Assembly: GCA_024137785.1 (NCBI GenBank)
Contig: JAHRHZ010000061.1
Coordinates: forward strand, 1,556,622-1,620,621
Origin: Ginglymostoma cirratum
Taxonomy: Eukaryota
Length of the DNA: 64,000 nt
Direction: 5' to 3'
Shown: positions 59,634 to 64,000 of the stretch, piece after piece
Position numbering within the stretch: the stretch's first letter is position 1
Layout: every line of letters starts with the position of its first letter
Made by a program: the position numbers and the translations under genes
Notes under the pieces: generated by a model
Told to the model about the DNA's origin: nothing
What the model saw: the letters and a program-made list of their open reading frames with translations, nothing else
Database searches by the model: none

Positions 59634-61059
59634 CTACAGAGAGAAAAAAAAACTATAAAATGGCTGCAAAGCATATGCAACTGAAAATCTTAAAGACCCC
59701 TGGTGAAAAATTGGGCAATGCTGATAAATGGGAGCAATTTAACTTTCCAGCACTTGCTCTAACAGAGGTGGGCAGCAGACATTTTTAATGCTGGGGTTAG
59801 GCATGAGCAGTGGTGCACAAGAGGTCCTCACGGATCAACATTCAGATGAAATTGGTGACCATTTCTCAGTGTCTGAGCTTTAATGATCCCAAATAGATGA
59901 TCAGCATCAGTTAAAACATCTTCATTTGACATTTCCTACCACTTGCTTCAAGCATCTCCTGCTGCTCAATGTACCACATCTCCTCCACTCAGCCATCACC
60001 AGTCCCTGGCACTCAGGACCTACACATCCATCATCCATATACTGCACCTATCCCACAATTATCTTCCAATGCTGCCAACCTCACACCTACCTCTCACTGC
60101 CTCCACATGCTTCCCACAGTTTAGCTGTGGCATGCAAATTACCTAAACATTGTGCAGTTTAATCACTGAAATTCTTCCCTTTTTCTTGCAGAAAGAAAAT
60201 TGGCACACAAAGGAGGGTGTGCAGTGCAGAACGCATAGAGAACACTTGCATCATTGTGGTGAGCCGACTCTTCTCATCATAAGACCTGTGACTGCATAGC
60301 CCGTGATGTCTGATGTTGCTGAGAACCTTACTAGTACACAAAGAATAAAGAACCGTACAGCAAAGGAACAGGCCCTTCAGTCCATCAAGCCCGTGCTGAC
60401 ACATTATGCCTTTCTAAACTAAAAACCTTTTGCCTCTACTCCCTCTCTTCCCTGCCTATTCATGTTTCTGTCAAGTTGCTTCTTAAACGTTGCTATTGTA
60501 TCGGCTTCTACCAGCTCATCTGGCAGTGCATTCCAGGCATTTACCACCATCTGTGTAGAAAACCTTGCCTCTCACATCTCCTTTAAACTTCCACCTTTTA
60601 CTATGCTCCCTAGTAACTGACATTTTTACACTGGGAAAAAGACTTTGACTATTCGTTCTATCCTTGCCTCTCACAATTTTGTAAACTTCTATCAGGTCAC
60701 CCCACTCAACCCCTAATGTACAAATAAAAGCAAACCATGTTTGTCCAATCTCTCATAGCTAATACCCTCCAAACCAGGGGGCATCCTAGTGTCCTTTTCT
60801 GTACCCTCTCCAATGCTTCCACATCATTCTGCTAGTGACAGCCCAGTGGCATTATTGTGAGTCTGTTAATCCCGAGACCCATATAATGTTCTGGGGAGGA
60901 GTTTGAATGATGTCATGGCAGATGGTGGAATTTGAATTCAACAAAAACCATCTGGAATCAGGAGTCTGATAATGACCATGAAAACAATGTTGACTGTCAG
61001 CTAAAACCCATCTGGGGTTCATGAATGTCCTTTAGGGAAGCAATCTACAGTACTTATCT

Positions 61060-61290
61060 TAGGGATAGTAGGAACTGCTGATGCTGGAGTCTGAGATAAC
61101 AAGGTGTGGAGATGGATGAACACAGCAGGCCGGGCAGCATCAGGGGAGCAGGAAAGCTGACGTTTCGGGTCTGGACCCTTCTTCAGAAATGGGGGAGGGG
61201 AAGGGGGCTCTGAAATAAATAGAGAGGGGGGGAGGCAGTGATAGAAGGTGAATAGTGGAGCAGATAGGTGGAGAGAAGACGGACATTTCC
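61060..61290 (-). mobile_element. Penelope-like terminal repeat with hammerhead-like core
   Basis: Minus strand ctgaagaagggtccagacccgaaacgtcagc. Confidence 0.7.
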
Positions 61291-62123
61291 ACTTCTGAAA
61301 GAGAAGTTCTAACGCAACTGGACAGCATGTCAAGATGGATTAGGATGAGCTTGTACTCGTTGCAGCTTAGAAGAATGACAGGAGAGCTTACGGAAACATG
61401 TATGATTATTGGGGGCTTGACCAGGTAGATGTAGAGAAATTGTTTCTCATGTGAGAATGCCTAGGACCAGAGAGCATTATCTCAGAGTAATGGATTGCTC
61501 AGTTAAACAGAGATAAAGACATATTTTTTTCTCTCAGAGTGTAGTTGATCTGTGGAATTCCTTACCTGCAGAGGGCTTTCAAGTTTTGATTGGTAAGTAT
61601 AGTCAAGGATGAGGTAGTTACATTTTTAATCAGTAAGGGAACAGGGGTTATAGAGCAAAAGACAGAGTGAAATTGAGGATTATCATATCAGCCATGATCC
61701 CACTGACTGGCAGAGCAGACTCAATAGGCTGAACAGACTATTTCTGCCTCTACATTTTATGGTGTTATAGAGGGTGGTATGCCTGAAGCCTGGAACATTT
61801 GAGGACCAGTCTGCTTTGCTTGGCAGGATTCGTGCAGGTGAGATTGGATATGCCCAGCCAGTTTATAAGCATCTGCTCATTTTTGCACATCAAGCTCCAA
61901 GATTTTAATGCGATCATTGGTAAGCATCGAACACATCCAGGCTTTTCTCTGCGGCATCTGAATCACAATCACAGACCAGTGAAATAATGAACAGCCGCAT
62001 TCTGCAGCATCTTTTCCAGCCCCAGCCAGCACATCTCTGAAGAACTGCAACTGCTACTCTTAAAGGAAGTACCATCAAGGCATTCAAACTCACCCTCCAT
62101 CAAAACAAAACCTTTCACCTCGG

Positions 62124-62340
62124 TCAGAAATCATATGACACCAGGTTTCAGTCCAACAGGCTTATTTGAAAACACAAGCTTTTGCAGTCACACTCCTTTT
62201 TCAGGTGACAAATACCTGAAGAAAGAGTAATACTCCAAAAGTGTGTGTTTTCAAATAAACCTGTTGGACTAGAACCTGACGTCGTGTGATTTCTGACCCT
62301 GTCCACCCCAGTCCAACACCGGCACCTCCACATCATTTCA
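62124..62340. mobile_element. Penelope-derived palindromic element (second family)
   Basis: gtcagaaatcatatgacaccaggtt..ccaacagg..atttgaaaacac paired with gtgttttcaaataaacctgttggact..ttctgac. Confidence 0.75.
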
Positions 62341-63624
62341 CCTCGGTGATTAACTATGTGCAGTAGACACAGGGGTCACATTCTGGTCAGTAAAGAGGTG
62401 GAAGAAGTGGCCAAGGTCTCTAACATTTGTAGGACTAATAGGAGGATAGGACCTTGCTGAGCCTACTACACATGATGAATCTCTGGGTTTTCTGACAGAG
62501 ATGCAGAGGAAGTGGTGGAAGGTCTGGCAGAATCATAGAGTCATACAGCACGGAAACAGACTCTTCAGTCCAACTCATCTGCAGCGACCAGACATCCCAG
62601 GTGCCAGGTAGTAGGAAGTGAAAGATGAAAGTACAAAGTTAATCTGAATGCATGACTGTGAACCTTTTGTAAAATACTTCCATGAAAATAAATTCCCCGC
62701 AGTGTTCTACATTCTTGTCATCTCATGCAATCCATTTATACCTCCTACGGTTTTGCCATAACATCAATGCTCACATACACATCAGGTGCAGCATTGCTAA
62801 GAACACCGATGCTCTCATGCACAGCTTGCAGCAAACTCTCTGGGAAGTGAGAATGTAAGCTACAAGGTTGGGTTGTGTGAGTCAGTCAACATGTGCGGCT
62901 CCTGCTCATCTCTGTAATAACTGAGGATGATGGGCAAGCCAGGGCAATGGTTAAGATGCAACTGAAAGGCCCAGTGAACCTGATAGAGGCTAAATTTGAG
63001 AACCAGTAAAGGTCGGTGCAAACAAAGGTCAACATATTACATGCTTGGCTTACATGTAAAGCCATAGAACTCAATCCTGATGCTCTGGCCTTCAAACTCA
63101 ACAGACTTTATTGGTGCGAAGGTAACAAAGAACTGTACAAGGCATGGCAAACAGAGCAACATTAAGTTTCCCATTCTATAACAAGTATTTCCTTGAAGCA
63201 GTAGACATAACTGGCTATTAGTTCTGCATGTCCACAGATTTTCATGCAAAGTTATTGGTTCTCAAATTTAGCCTTTATCAGGTTCTCTGGGCCTTTCAGC
63301 TGCATTTTATTGCTGCCCTGGCATGCTTAGCATCCTTGGCATTGGTGTTCATTCCCTCAGCATCTAAGTCAGCTTAACCTTCTTCCTCATCCGAGGAGAC
63401 AGTTGGCTTCTCCATCTCCCTCTCATCAATGCTCTTATTGTTGAGCTAGGATGTGCAATGCCCAGCAAACAATCATTATTCTGGAGACCTGGCAAGCACT
63501 ATACCTCCTGAGACCTCCTGAGCAGTCCAGGCAACAGAAGCACATCTTCAGATTTTCTGTTCAATAGTGGCCCACACGTGTGTTGCATTGTGGTGCTGTT
63601 TGCCATCAGTCTAAAAGTCTTCAT

Positions 63625-63980
63625 TGAATCATAAAATTCCTACGGTGTGGAATTAGGCCATTTGGCCCATCAAATTAACACCGACCCTCTGAAGACCATC
63701 TAACTCAGACACATCCCCTTGCCCTATCCCTGTAACCATGCATTTCCTATGGCTAATCCATCTAGACTACACATTCCTGGACACTGTGGGCTGTTTAGCA
63801 TGGCCAATCCACCTAACCTGCATATCTTTGAATTGTGGGAGGAAATTGGAGCACCTGGAGGAAATCCATGCTCACAAGGAGAGCTTGCATACTCCACACA
63901 GTCGCCGGAGGGTAGAATCGAACCTGGGTACCTGGTGCTATGAGATAGCAGTGCTAACCACTGTCACACTGTGCCATCCC
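63625..63980 (-). mobile_element. HE1 (V-SINE)
   Basis: A/B boxes, V-domain, CR1-like tail. Confidence 0.88.
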
Positions 63981-64000
63981 AGTGTTTTACACTGGAGTCA

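Overview
This is vertebrate nuclear DNA, most likely from a shark (elasmobranch), judged from the HE1/V-SINEs, dense CR1(HER1)/L2 LINE fragments and Penelope-type terminal repeats. Nearly the whole window is the inside of one minus-strand gene, a DZIP3 (TTC3/DZIP3 family E3 ligase) orthologue. I reconstructed 18 consecutive GT-AG exons (59633 to 124) with compatible splice phases; the start and the C-terminal RING lie outside the window. They encode a TPR-like region, the Cys/His-rich TTC3/DZIP3 domain, two helical modules, the DZIP3-type HEPN domain, a Lys-rich motif and a coiled coil. Main observations: (1) the two helical exons resemble TTC3, look like tandem CARD/death folds, and appear absent from mammalian DZIP3; (2) a ~3.3-3.6 kb inverted duplication in two introns (12.26-15.85 kb vs 48.0-51.27 kb) brackets an in-frame 9-exon, 1722-nt block and shows patchwork homogenisation; (3) smaller features include Penelope hammerhead-like hairpins, a templated inverted insertion, a micro-inversion, a Gypsy fragment with pseudo-TIR ends and a 41-bp minisatellite. 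Comparisons with human DZIP3/TTC3 are from memory, not a database search, and repeat boundaries are approximate.
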